Part shown: piece by piece, positions 10,379-20,118 of the stretch | Layout: each line of letters begins with the position of its first letter | How positions within the stretch are numbered: the first letter of the stretch is position 1 | Assembly: GCA_963675295.2 (NCBI GenBank) | Contig: CAXXKJ010000002.1 | Span: 192,001-256,000, forward strand | Direction: 5' to 3' | DNA: 64,000 nucleotides | Source: a bacterium | GTDB lineage: Bacteria > Electryoneota > Electryoneia > Electryoneales > Electryoneaceae | Position numbers and translations under genes: made by a program | Notes under the pieces: model-generated | What the model was told of the DNA's origin: nothing | Databases searched by the model: none | What the model saw: the letters and a program-made list of their open reading frames with translations, nothing else

Positions 10379-11464
10379 GTGGCTCACACGGTCACACATC
10401 CTATTACTATCGAGAACGCCGAGCAGTCGTACGCCGAGTTCAGCGCTTATGCGCGGGACACGGGTAGCGAGACGGTGGTCTTTGACCTGTCCGGGCTGGA
10501 GGAAATCGACTCCGCCGGACTCGCCGTGTTTCATCGATTGCAGACCACCTTGGAACACGACAACCGCCGTCTCGAATTTGAAAACATCCCCGAGCGTGTC
10601 CGTCAACTGTTCGACCTGTCCCACTTTGACGAACCCTCCGACGCGATTGAAACACCGCCACCACCGAAGAACGAGCTGGAACGCATTGGCCTGATCGCGC
10701 TGGACGCGTGGCAGGACATGCGCAAGATGCTCGGCTACATCGGGCGGGTCACCCTGGCGTTAATCTGGAGTTTCAGGAACCCGACGAAGGTGCGCTGGGG
10801 CGATGTAGCGCGGTACGTGCAGGAAACCGGTGCTAATGCCCTGCCGATTGTCGGCCTGATGAGCGCGTTGGTCGGGTTGGTGATCGCGTTTTCATCCGCG
10901 ATCCAGCTGAAACAGTTCGGCGCGAACATCTTCATCGCCGACCTGATCGGGATTGGCGTCAGCCGTGAAATCGGCCCGTTGATGGCGGCGATTCTGTTGA
11001 TCGCACGTTCCGGATCGGCATTCGCTGCGGAGATCGGCACGCAGAAGATCAGCGAAGAGATCGACGCGTTAACGGTCATGGGCTTGAAACCTGTGCCGTA
11101 CCTGGTCATTCCGCGGATCATCGCCACCTTGATCACCCTGCCACTGTTGACCATGTTCGCCGACTTATTCGGCGTTGTCGGTGGGATGGTGATCGCTCAG
11201 TTCAGCCTCGATGTCAGCCCAACGATCTTCATCACACGACTCGGCGAAGCGGTCAGTCTCTGGGATATCAGCTCGGGTGTGTTGAAATCGTTCTTCTTCG
11301 CGATCCTGATCGCCGGCGTAGGCTGCTACCGCGGCATGGAAACCAGCGGCGGCGCGATGGGCGTCGGCCGCAGCACCACGCAATCCGTCGTCAGCGGCAT
11401 CTTTTTGCTCGTGATCGCTGACTCGATTTTCGTCGTCCTGTTCCAGTACCTGGGGTTGAATTGA
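10379..11464 (+). CDS. mlaE: MlaE-family lipid ABC permease with N-terminal STAS domain
   Basis: STAS motif DLSGLEEIDSAGL; REIGPLMAAIL..ARSGSAFAAEIG. Start is uncertain (GTG 10361 or 10379). Confidence 0.88.
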   Translation: MAHTVTHPITIENAEQSYAEFSAYARDTGSETVVFDLSGLEEIDSAGLAVFHRLQTTLEHDNRRLEFENIPERVRQLFDLSHFDEPSDAIETPPPPKNELERIGLIALDAWQDMRKMLGYIGRVTLALIWSFRNPTKVRWGDVARYVQETGANALPIVGLMSALVGLVIAFSSAIQLKQFGANIFIADLIGIGVSREIGPLMAAILLIARSGSAFAAEIGTQKISEEIDALTVMGLKPVPYLVIPRIIATLITLPLLTMFADLFGVVGGMVIAQFSLDVSPTIFITRLGEAVSLWDISSGVLKSFFFAILIAGVGCYRGMETSGGAMGVGRSTTQSVVSGIFLLVIADSIFVVLFQYLGLN

Positions 11465-12237
11465 TGGATGACGAACGCAAGGCAGTGATGCGGGTCCGTG
11501 ATCTCGAAGTCAGCTTCGAGGACAATCTCGTGCTGAGCGATATCAGCTTCGATGTGTACGAGGGCGAAATTCTCGTCATCCTCGGCGAAAGCGGCTGCGG
11601 CAAATCGACGCTGCTGCGGCACATGCTGATGCTGCGGCGACCCCAGGGCGGAACGGTTCACTACGGCGACCTGAACCTCGTCGAAGCGTCGGAAAACGAA
11701 CTGGACCGTGTCCGCCAGGATTTCGGCGTCCTGTTCCAGTCTGGAGCGCTGTTCAAGTCCATGACGCTGGGCGACAATGTCGCCATGCCGGCGCGGGAGT
11801 TCACCAAATTATCCGAGGAAACCATCGAGGAGCTGGTCAACCTGAAGCTGGAGATGGTCGGCCTCGGCGGGAAGCAGAACCTGATGCCGAGTGAATTGAG
11901 CGGCGGCATGCAGAAACGTGGCGGCCTCGCGAGGGCGATGGTGCTCGATCCGAAGGTGTTGTTCTTCGACGAACCGTCCGCCGGCCTGGACCCGGTCACC
12001 AGCGCCTCGCTCGACCATTTGATCATCACCCTGAACAAGTCACTCGGCATCACGATGGTGGTGGTAACGCATGAGCTGCCCAGCATTCACGCCATCGCCC
12101 ACCGTGCGATCATGCTCGGCAAGGATGTGCCCGGCATCCTCGCGGAGGGAACCCCGGACGAGCTGCGCAACAGCGGGCATCCACGGGTAAACGCATTTTT
12201 CCACCGGGAACGTCTCGAAGAAACCGGCGCTGCCTGA
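11464..12237 (+). CDS. mlaF: MlaF-family ABC ATPase
   Basis: GESGCGKS, LFQSGALF, LSGGMQKR, FDEPSAGLDP. Confidence 0.9.
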   Translation: MDDERKAVMRVRDLEVSFEDNLVLSDISFDVYEGEILVILGESGCGKSTLLRHMLMLRRPQGGTVHYGDLNLVEASENELDRVRQDFGVLFQSGALFKSMTLGDNVAMPAREFTKLSEETIEELVNLKLEMVGLGGKQNLMPSELSGGMQKRGGLARAMVLDPKVLFFDEPSAGLDPVTSASLDHLIITLNKSLGITMVVVTHELPSIHAIAHRAIMLGKDVPGILAEGTPDELRNSGHPRVNAFFHRERLEETGAA

Positions 12238-12320
12238 TGACGAACGACAGCGGAGATTAACCATGCGAATCCAGAGTCCCGCCGGAAGAACGGCGATTCC
12301 GCAACAGGGGAGGCGACGCC

Positions 12321-13322
12321 ATGCCGTCTGCTAAAACCAACGCCATGCGCGTGGGCGCGTTTGTCGTCATCGGCATCTCCCTGGTCATCATCGCGCTGAT
12401 CTATTTCGGCGCCACGGACATGCTGAAGCAGGACAATAAGTACGTCACGTATTTCGATACCAGCGTCCAGGGCCTGAACCTCGACAGCCCAGTGAAGTTT
12501 CGCGGTGTTACCATCGGCAAGGTAACCGGCATGAGTATCGCGCCGGACGGCGAGCTGATCGAAGTCGAGATGGCCCTGAAATCCAGTTTCAATGTGAACG
12601 ACAGCCTCGGTGTGCAGATGAATATCACCGGCATCACCGGCCTGCGATACCTCGAAGTCGATTTCGCGAACCACATGGAACTGTCCGTCGCGCCAATGCT
12701 CGACTTCAATCCGGAATATCCTGTAATTCCAAGTGTTCCCGGCGGATTCGAGGAACTGGAAACCGCGCTGAAGTCGGTCTATGAAAAGTTCATGAAGGTC
12801 GATACCGAGGGAATATCGTACGAGGCCAAGGAGTTCATGCGTGCCGGAACTCAAGTGATGGGGCACGCAGACAGCATCATCACCGCCGATGAATTTACCG
12901 CTTGGGTGTATGACTTGAACACCGCCGTCGCCAACATGGAAATGATGATCGCGCAGCTGAAACAGCAGCAACTGGCTGACCGTCTCGATATGATGATGAC
13001 CGAGCTGCAGGAGGCGTCAATCCAAGCACGCGAAGGGACGACGCACCTGAACAACGCGCTCGAGACACTCGATTCCGACGTTCAGAACCTGCAACTGACC
13101 CGGCGTGCGGATTCCCTGTTCGCGAACATCAACAAGACCTTCGACCAGACATCCGACCTGATGGGCCAGTCGCAATACTCGATCTCGCAAGTCGTAACCC
13201 AGCTCAGTCTCAGCGTCACCGAGCTGAACCAGACCTTGGAACAGGTGAACGCTCTGTTGCTGTCGCTGGAGGAATACCCCGGCCGTGTGCTGTATTCCTC
13301 GCCACCGAAGAAGGAAAGGTAG
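12321..13322 (+). CDS. mlaD: MlaD/MCE-domain protein
   Basis: N-terminal TM; SVQGL..SPVKFRGVTIGKV MCE motif; helical C-terminus. Confidence 0.88.
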   Translation: MPSAKTNAMRVGAFVVIGISLVIIALIYFGATDMLKQDNKYVTYFDTSVQGLNLDSPVKFRGVTIGKVTGMSIAPDGELIEVEMALKSSFNVNDSLGVQMNITGITGLRYLEVDFANHMELSVAPMLDFNPEYPVIPSVPGGFEELETALKSVYEKFMKVDTEGISYEAKEFMRAGTQVMGHADSIITADEFTAWVYDLNTAVANMEMMIAQLKQQQLADRLDMMMTELQEASIQAREGTTHLNNALETLDSDVQNLQLTRRADSLFANINKTFDQTSDLMGQSQYSISQVVTQLSLSVTELNQTLEQVNALLLSLEEYPGRVLYSSPPKKER

Positions 13323-13332
13323 GAGGAGCTAG

Positions 13333-13962
13333 ATGAAACGCCTGCTGATTGTGACGATTCCGCTCCTGCTGCTTGCCGGCTGCTTCAGCCTGCCGCGGGA
13401 AAGCCTGGAGATCGTGCGCTACAGTTTTCATCCCGCCGAACTCGCGGGCCCGGAAGCGCAGGAGTATGATGGCGCCTTGCTGATTCTGCCATTTTCCACC
13501 GTGTCCGAACAACACGGCGACCGGATCGGATACAAGGAAGGTGATCACGAGATGGAAACGTATTATTACCATCGCTGGATCGCCCCGCCGGAACAGTTGA
13601 TGGCCGACTTGCTGAATGAGGACATGGTACACGCCGGTCTGTTCAACGACGGTGTCTTCTTGATGACTACAGGGATCACACCGACACACGAACTGCACGG
13701 CCGTCTGGTCAAGCTGTACGCCGACAACCGGAAAAATCAGCAGGCCGCGGTGGTGGAAATCATGCTGACTGTCTTCCGTATCCAGCAGCCGACGTATGAC
13801 AAGCAGCTGGTGCTGCAGAAAACGTACAAGTATCATATCGACCGCGAGAATGGACGCGTCGAAAGCTTTGTCCCGGCGGTTACCGATGCGATGACCAGCT
13901 GGTTGCGGGACGTTCGTGCCGACCTGACCATGCTGCTTGTGGAGGATCAGGCGGGTGATTGA
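13333..13962 (+). CDS. ABC-transport auxiliary lipoprotein (PqiC-like)
   Basis: Lipobox LLAGC; YYYHRWIAPP motif; last gene of the MCE operon. Confidence 0.8.
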   Translation: MKRLLIVTIPLLLLAGCFSLPRESLEIVRYSFHPAELAGPEAQEYDGALLILPFSTVSEQHGDRIGYKEGDHEMETYYYHRWIAPPEQLMADLLNEDMVHAGLFNDGVFLMTTGITPTHELHGRLVKLYADNRKNQQAAVVEIMLTVFRIQQPTYDKQLVLQKTYKYHIDRENGRVESFVPAVTDAMTSWLRDVRADLTMLLVEDQAGD

Positions 13963-14057
13963 GTGGGTTTTCGGTTCCTGAAGAACGTTTAAGCCTGAGA
14001 ACAAGGGGCGGTTCCGGCCTGTTTAGTCTCGAGTCAAAACCTTTTCTTGCTTGCTTT

Positions 14058-14083
14058 CGGCCGCAATAGTGCGGCCGTTTTTT
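14058..14083 (+). terminator. intrinsic terminator after the Mla operon
   Basis: CGGCCGCA-ATAG-TGCGGCCG followed by T6. Confidence 0.7.
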
Positions 14084-14376
14084 GTCTGGCTATGAGAAGG
14101 TTATTCGTTCTGCGGCGGTCGCCATTTGCGACAGGTCCTCGTCCATCCGTCGGACAGCACCTGTATCAGGCACATCGCCTCTTGCTATATAAGGCGTTTA
14201 TATCGGCAATTACAAGACCACCCCTCAGTCACAGCCCATCATTTTGGCCCTTTAACAGTGCGCTGAGAAGCGTGCGGCCTGCGCGGCATATTGTTTCGTT
14301 ACGAAACTAAACTCTTGGTTCCGAGTGAGTTGAGTCTGAGAAGGTGGTCTGGCGGCTTGGGAGTGGGGTTGCGCGG

Positions 14377-15027
14377 TCAGCGAATCCGCAGCGCGACACC
14401 GAGGTTCAGCTTGAGATTGTAGAACCGGTCGAAGCTTTCGCGTTCGAAACCACGGTTGGACCCGCCGATCCAGAAGATGTACCCGGGCAGCAACTCGCCG
14501 TACAGCGTGATGCCTTCCCACTGTTGAATCACCAGCCCGCCGCCGAAGTAGACTTCCATGCCGGACAGGGCGTCCCGGGTGACCGTCGTCCCCTCGATTT
14601 CCACCGCTTCGGTGTAGCCCCACGACATGTTGTTGTACGCCAGCCCGACGGTGAAATACTGGCCGATGAAAGTGTAGCCCGGCGTGGTGTAAGCGTTGTA
14701 GTCGACACCGAGCGAGAAGATGTTGACGCCGCCGTCGATGCGGCTGTTGAGGTCGCTGATCTGGTCGAGCGGGGAATACGCGTAGGTAAACTGCAGGTCA
14801 ACCCGGTTGCTGCCGCCGCTGCGCACGGTCGACAGTCCGAACCCGATCCCGGCGATGCCGGAGAAGTCTTTCGTCCACGCCAGCCCGTTCGCCGAATTAA
14901 TGAACACGTACTGTTCCTCGATCGGGTCGAGCGCGTGTGCCGGCGAGGCGCTGAGCCACCCGAACACAACGCTCAGGCACATTACAACCGGGAGCAGCGG
15001 GTTTCGTTGTCGACGTGTGACAAACAC
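14377..15027 (-). CDS. putative outer-membrane beta-barrel protein
   Basis: Signal peptide ending AHA; alternating amphipathic strands; C-terminal LNLGVALRIR. GTG 15027 start is a guess. Confidence 0.6.
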   Translation of the reverse strand: MFVTRRQRNPLLPVVMCLSVVFGWLSASPAHALDPIEEQYVFINSANGLAWTKDFSGIAGIGFGLSTVRSGGSNRVDLQFTYAYSPLDQISDLNSRIDGGVNIFSLGVDYNAYTTPGYTFIGQYFTVGLAYNNMSWGYTEAVEIEGTTVTRDALSGMEVYFGGGLVIQQWEGITLYGELLPGYIFWIGGSNRGFERESFDRFYNLKLNLGVALRIR

Positions 15028-15079
15028 GACCGGGATCTCGTTGACGCTGGGTTGTTGATCGAGGGAAAGTACTTGTTTT

Positions 15080-16198
15080 TTACTGCTGAACGGTAGAGGC
15101 GGTGTCTGGGTTCCCGGCCGTGTAGCGCGGGAACTCGGTCTCGAGAATCGGACGCAGGCCATCCGCGAGGATATCCGCCAGGGTTTGCAGGCCGTACGCG
15201 TTCCAGTGCATGTCGTAGTCAAACTTGAACGACCGCCGATCGAGCAGGTAGTGGCGGTAAAAGCCGTCGGTCAGCGGAATTGTGTAGATTCCGAACTCTG
15301 GCGCGACCCGTTCGAGGATTGCCTCTTCCGGATGAACGGCTGGCGGAGTGATGTCGTGGTAGATGTCGCCGTGCGCGATGACAATGACGGCGTTCTCGCC
15401 AAGCCGTTCCCGCATCTGCCGGCAGAGGTATTCCGCGACCGTTTCCGCGACGGCTTCCGTGCTGTCGTCATACACCGTGTTCCGCACCGTGATCGCGTCC
15501 ACCTGGTCTTCCGCCGCCACGCCCTGCAACGCCGCCGCCAGCCGCATGTTCCACAGCAAATAGCGCAGCAAAGCGCTTTTGCGGATCAGTTGCTTGACAC
15601 CATCCAGCGCACCACGCTGCAGCACGGTTGGCCGCACAACTCGCACGGTATCGTCCTCGACGGCGAACCGTGTCCGTTCCGGGTCGAGGTCGGTGCAGCC
15701 GATCAGGTAACCGGGCTGCAGGATAAACAGGTACACCTCGGGTGCGTAGGTATCACGCACATATCGCGCTTCCTGCAGGTGTTCGGACGGCACCGAGTTG
15801 GAGATCGAAAAGTTATAGACCAGGAACCGCTGGTTGAGGTTCTCCCGCAGTCGAACGCCGGGGTTTTCGTCCGGCTCGACCCACATGCCTTCGATGTAGG
15901 AGGAGCCGAACATCGCGATCAATGGCCGGTGGCGGCCATCGGGCGGGTGGTAGTCGTCCGGAAAGATCCAACCGTCGTTGTTGACATGCCAGTGCGAGCG
16001 GTGAAATGCCCGCTGGCCCTGAGTGAACAGCCCGGAGCGCGGCCCGTCAGTTCGATAATAAAGGAAACCGTATTCGGTGTTCAGTTCCATCGGCGGCACG
16101 TCGCACGCGGGCACAACAGTCCGCAGCAGGATTTCCGCGAGGATCAGAAATCCGGCGAGGAATGCGATGCCGCGCAGTATGGGTTTGCCAAACTTCAT
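15080..16198 (-). CDS. SGNH-hydrolase-like O-acetyltransferase partner (AlgJ/AlgX/PatB-like)
   Basis: N-terminal TM; FGSSY (GDS-like) and DMHWN (DxH) motifs; directly downstream of the MBOAT gene. Confidence 0.7.
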   Translation of the reverse strand: MKFGKPILRGIAFLAGFLILAEILLRTVVPACDVPPMELNTEYGFLYYRTDGPRSGLFTQGQRAFHRSHWHVNNDGWIFPDDYHPPDGRHRPLIAMFGSSYIEGMWVEPDENPGVRLRENLNQRFLVYNFSISNSVPSEHLQEARYVRDTYAPEVYLFILQPGYLIGCTDLDPERTRFAVEDDTVRVVRPTVLQRGALDGVKQLIRKSALLRYLLWNMRLAAALQGVAAEDQVDAITVRNTVYDDSTEAVAETVAEYLCRQMRERLGENAVIVIAHGDIYHDITPPAVHPEEAILERVAPEFGIYTIPLTDGFYRHYLLDRRSFKFDYDMHWNAYGLQTLADILADGLRPILETEFPRYTAGNPDTASTVQQ

Positions 16199-16211
16199 GC
16201 CAGCCAACGAA

Positions 16212-17753
16212 TCAGAACTGGAAATAGATGAATTCCCGTTCTCCGAACTCGCCGAAGAACAGGATGATGAACAGGACCGTGTAGTACGCCGTCCAACGCA
16301 ACGGCCACACCCACGCGCCGATCTGCAACGCGAATTCCTTGTCCCGTTGCAGCCACTCGACCACCAGCAATGCGACCGCCATTGCGATTGGCGTCAGATA
16401 CGCACCGTACCCCAGCCCGCCACATGGATGCGTCGCCATCTGTGTCAGAATCTGGAATGCGTGCCCGATCGAATCGGCGCGGAAGAAAACCCACGCCAGC
16501 AGCGTGATCAGGAACGTCAGCACCATTCGCCACGCCTCGCCGAACGCCGGGAACAGCCGTCCCTCAGCGGGGATCGTGGTAAACTGTTTCTGTTTGTCGC
16601 GCAGCATCAACGGAATGTAGTACGCGCCGTTCAGGAAGCCCCACGCGAGGAAGGTCCAGTTTGCGCCATGCCACAGACCGCTGACGGTAAAGGTGACCAT
16701 GATGTTGAAGATCCGCCGTCCCTTGGGCACATAACTGCCGCCCATCGGGATGTAGACATAATCGCGGAACCACGTCGACAGCGATATATGCCAGCGTCGC
16801 CAGAACTCCGCGATGTCACGGGAGAAATACGGGTAGGCGAAGTTCCGCATCAGCCGGAAGCCGAACAGCCGCGCGGTGCCGATGGCGATGTCAGAATAGC
16901 CGGAAAAATCGCCGTAAATCTGGATCGCAAACAGGAAGACGCCGATGAACAGGGTGAGGCCGTCCACGGTCGTGCTGGACGCGAAGATGTCGTTGACATA
17001 GCCGGCGGCCGTGTCCGCGACCACCACTTTCTTCAGGAAGCCCCACAGAATCTGGCGGAACCCCTCGCTGAGGTCGCTGTTGGTCACCGAGCGTTCACGT
17101 TGAAACTGCGGCAGCAGGTTGGACGCGCGTTCGATCGGCCCGGCGACCAGCTGCGGGAAGAAGCTGACGAACGCGAAGAACGCGACCGGATCACGCGTCG
17201 GCTCGATCTTGCGGCGGTAGATGTCGATGGTGTAGCTGAGCGTCTGAAAGGTGTAGAAGCTGACGCCGACCGGGAGAATCAGCCGCAGCGACGGCAGGTT
17301 CGCCTGCAGGCCGAACGCGTTCAAAAGTTCGGCGAACGAATCGATGAAGAAGCCGAAGTACTTGAATGTCAGCAGGATGCCAAGATTGACCACCAGGCTG
17401 ACAATCAGCAGCAACTTGCGTTTCCTCAAACGTGCCCGTGTCAAAAAACTTGCGGACGCGGACGAACCGTCACCTTCCTTTAGGGGTGTGCGCCCTGACT
17501 TGCTTGCAAGTCGGGATTCACCGTCCCTCTCCTGACTTCCATCCCCCTTCGTCATCCCCATCCCGGCGAGGTAATCGACCAGTGAGCTGAGGAAGATCAG
17601 GCTGAGGAATCGCCAGTCCCACCAGCCGTAGAAGATGTAGCTGGCAACCAGCAGGAAGGCGTTTTGCAGGCGCACACGGCGTCGTCCCAGCCCCCAGTAG
17701 AGCAGGAAGACGATTGGCAGAAAGACGAGGAACGTGAGTGAATTGAACAGCAT
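16212..17753 (-). CDS. MBOAT family O-acyltransferase (AlgI/PatA-like)
   Basis: MLFNS, LPVGVSFYTFQ, FFPQLVAGPI, DFSGYSDIA, FWRRWHISLS, GLWHGA. Confidence 0.95.
   Translation of the reverse strand: MLFNSLTFLVFLPIVFLLYWGLGRRRVRLQNAFLLVASYIFYGWWDWRFLSLIFLSSLVDYLAGMGMTKGDGSQERDGESRLASKSGRTPLKEGDGSSASASFLTRARLRKRKLLLIVSLVVNLGILLTFKYFGFFIDSFAELLNAFGLQANLPSLRLILPVGVSFYTFQTLSYTIDIYRRKIEPTRDPVAFFAFVSFFPQLVAGPIERASNLLPQFQRERSVTNSDLSEGFRQILWGFLKKVVVADTAAGYVNDIFASSTTVDGLTLFIGVFLFAIQIYGDFSGYSDIAIGTARLFGFRLMRNFAYPYFSRDIAEFWRRWHISLSTWFRDYVYIPMGGSYVPKGRRIFNIMVTFTVSGLWHGANWTFLAWGFLNGAYYIPLMLRDKQKQFTTIPAEGRLFPAFGEAWRMVLTFLITLLAWVFFRADSIGHAFQILTQMATHPCGGLGYGAYLTPIAMAVALLVVEWLQRDKEFALQIGAWVWPLRWTAYYTVLFIILFFGEFGEREFIYFQF
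17432..17515. repeat. palindromic elements embedded in frame in the MBOAT gene
   Basis: Hairpin CCTGACTTGC-TT-GCAAGTCGGG at 17494-17515; 17432-17464 is the reverse complement of the 34643-34671 hairpin arms. Confidence 0.65.
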
Positions 17754-17854
17754 AGCGGGATCCGTTTGCCCGTAACGGTGTGAACAGGCGTGTTTCCGGC
17801 GATGAAGCTACGGCGCGGCGCGGCGTTCGGCAAGCGACAGGCTTCACACAAGTA

Positions 17855-17876
17855 CCCACGATAGTCATGTCGTGGC
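17855..17876. repeat. REP-like palindrome, degenerate copy
   Basis: CCCACGATAGTCATGTCGTGGC matches the copies at 19896-19983 and 34679-34704. Confidence 0.55.
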
Positions 17877-18099
17877 TGAGCCGGAGTTCATCTGCGCCTG
17901 ATCGCTTTACCAACAGGGCATGCTTCCACTGGGGTTCGTGGAGGTTAACTCGTCAAAAACGCGTAAATCAAACAGATCAAGTTGCCTGTCTGTACTATTC
18001 CGTATACATTAAAACAGATCACGCTCCTTCTTCTTACGAAAATACAGTGACCGTATCGTTCGGAAACCGATTAATAATCATCACATCGGGGGATTGACC

Positions 18100-19884
18100 A
18101 TGACACGCTTCGCTGGAATTCTCGCCACCCTTCTGCTGGCTTCTCTGTGTTTCGCGCAACCCTATGTAACGTGGAATGCGGTGTATGACACCCTGGAGTG
18201 CGGCGATCTGAACCACGCCTTCGCGACGGAGGACGGCTGCATCATTGGTGTTGGCTGGGCAGATGATCCAAATGTCGACATGAAAGGACTGCTGGTTAAA
18301 TACGCTCCGGACGGCACGCTACTCGCCCATCAGCTGATCAGCGGTTCGAACCGGATAGAGCTCTTCGACTGTTGCCCTTCCGCGACGAATCCGGACGAAT
18401 ACGTGGCCATCGGCAGCAGGCACCAGTCAGGCTCGAATCCGTTCGTTTTCGTTCGTTTCACGGCCGACCTGACCACTGTCGAAACAACGGTGGTCGGGTC
18501 GTTTTCTTTCTCCGCCGAAACGGTGTCGATCACTGTGGTGCCGGATGAAGGGTACATCGTGACCAGCACGGGCGCGGCGTTTCCGGATCCGATCATCTTG
18601 AAAATGGATGAAACCTATGACGTTTTGTGGCATTATCTGCCCGGCGAAACTCACGTGCCGATGAAATCCGTGGTCAACGCGGATGGCGATATTGTTATCG
18701 CGGGAACGTCTGACGCCATCTGGACGATGAAGCTGAGCGCGGATGGCGAGCTCCTTTCACAGCAGTTAATTGGCCGCGATAGCTACCACCATGTTACGGA
18801 CATGCGACTTGCGGATAATGGCGACTACATCATCGTCGGGTATACCGAGATCGATTCGTACAACCAACCTTTCTTTGTGCGATACAGCAGCGATGGAACA
18901 TTGCGGCAATTGCACTATTACCCGGATGATGAGCAGGAAGACATCTACTGCATGTCCATATTTCCCGCATCCGGAGGCGGCTATTATCTGGGCGGTTCAA
19001 CCTGGACCGACCCATGGCTGGCGTCTGTGGACGAAACAGGCACTCTGATCCATGATACGATTTTTGAATCCCCAACCTTCCAGCGGATGAACTGCTGGGG
19101 GCAGACGGGTGAGAGACTGTTCTTCGCTGTCGGCGGAAGCAGTCCTGGCGGTGTTTTCCAAGCCACCACGATACGCTTTGACGACGTGAACCTGACGCTC
19201 GGACCGACCGTATCCGACATCGCTATCCCGGATTCGGGTGGGACAGTTGAATTTGACGCGACGTTCATCAACAGCACGGAACAGGGTCGTGTCGCGGATG
19301 TCTGGGTGAAGATCGACAAGGTTATCGGCGAAGCGAGTGCAACCACCGCGTTTTATCCCAACGTGTTATTCGCGGCCAACAGCAGTCGCACGGAATCATT
19401 CGAACAACAGATCCCGGCATCTGCCGCTGGTGGTTACTATGTGCTGACGGTCTTCACCGGCCACTATCCGGAACCTTCGGCTTTCCGTGACCAGATCCGG
19501 TTCTTTAAGATTGATAACAACATTGACCCCTACATCAAGTCGCTGGACGGTTCGAATGGTTGGGATTGCTGGAGCACATTGGACGAAATCAACACGGAAC
19601 CGCCGTCCTCCGGCCTTCCGGCCCAATTCACGCTGCAGCCGGCTTATCCGAACCCGTTCAACCCGGCGACAACGATCTCGCTGGAGTTGCCGTCAACGAG
19701 TGACTTGAACCTGCGTGTGTTCAACATGGCTGGGCAGCTGGTAGCCGACCTGGCGGGCGGAGAGTTTCCGGCAGGCAGCCACGAGTTTACATTCGACGGC
19801 AACAAGCTGGCCTCCGGGATTTATCTGGTTCAGGCGAGCTCTGGATCGTGGATCGCGACGCAGAAGATTGTGCTGCTGAAGTAG
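18100..19884 (+). CDS. secreted beta-propeller-like protein + shared Ig-like domain + T9SS CTD
   Basis: Signal peptide ending CFA; repeated DG.YI.VG/W..K blades; AYPNPFNP...KIVLLK. Confidence 0.82.
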   Translation: MTRFAGILATLLLASLCFAQPYVTWNAVYDTLECGDLNHAFATEDGCIIGVGWADDPNVDMKGLLVKYAPDGTLLAHQLISGSNRIELFDCCPSATNPDEYVAIGSRHQSGSNPFVFVRFTADLTTVETTVVGSFSFSAETVSITVVPDEGYIVTSTGAAFPDPIILKMDETYDVLWHYLPGETHVPMKSVVNADGDIVIAGTSDAIWTMKLSADGELLSQQLIGRDSYHHVTDMRLADNGDYIIVGYTEIDSYNQPFFVRYSSDGTLRQLHYYPDDEQEDIYCMSIFPASGGGYYLGGSTWTDPWLASVDETGTLIHDTIFESPTFQRMNCWGQTGERLFFAVGGSSPGGVFQATTIRFDDVNLTLGPTVSDIAIPDSGGTVEFDATFINSTEQGRVADVWVKIDKVIGEASATTAFYPNVLFAANSSRTESFEQQIPASAAGGYYVLTVFTGHYPEPSAFRDQIRFFKIDNNIDPYIKSLDGSNGWDCWSTLDEINTEPPSSGLPAQFTLQPAYPNPFNPATTISLELPSTSDLNLRVFNMAGQLVADLAGGEFPAGSHEFTFDGNKLASGIYLVQASSGSWIATQKIVLLK

Positions 19885-19895
19885 CCGCGGCGCTC

Positions 19896-19983
19896 ATGCC
19901 CCAGACATTCATGTCGTGGCTGATCGTCTCTATCTGTACCTGTCACGAAGATTTCTTCATGCCCACGACATTCATGTCGTGGG
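19896..19983. repeat. two REP-like palindromes
   Basis: ATGCCCCAGACATTCATGTCGTGGC and ATGCCCACGACATTCATGTCGTGGG between convergent genes. Confidence 0.7.
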
Positions 19984-20118
19984 TTTTCTTCGGTTTAACA
20001 GAACGGGGACAGCCGTGCGATGCACAGCTGTCCCCTGAATCAGACACTCCACCTGCAAGTCCACCTGTCGGAGTCCGTTTGTGTTATTCAGGACTCAAGA
20101 CTCAGGACTATCTACTAC

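Noticed and set aside
14168-14186. sigma54 promoter (GGCAC...TTGC)
   Set aside because: Spacing is 8 nt rather than the required 5.
16077-17483. Long antisense ORFs (also 15185-16231, 43699-45276, 40816-41847, 22724-23737 and others)
   Set aside because: Shadow frames opposite well-supported genes, as expected in high-GC DNA; no recognisable motifs.
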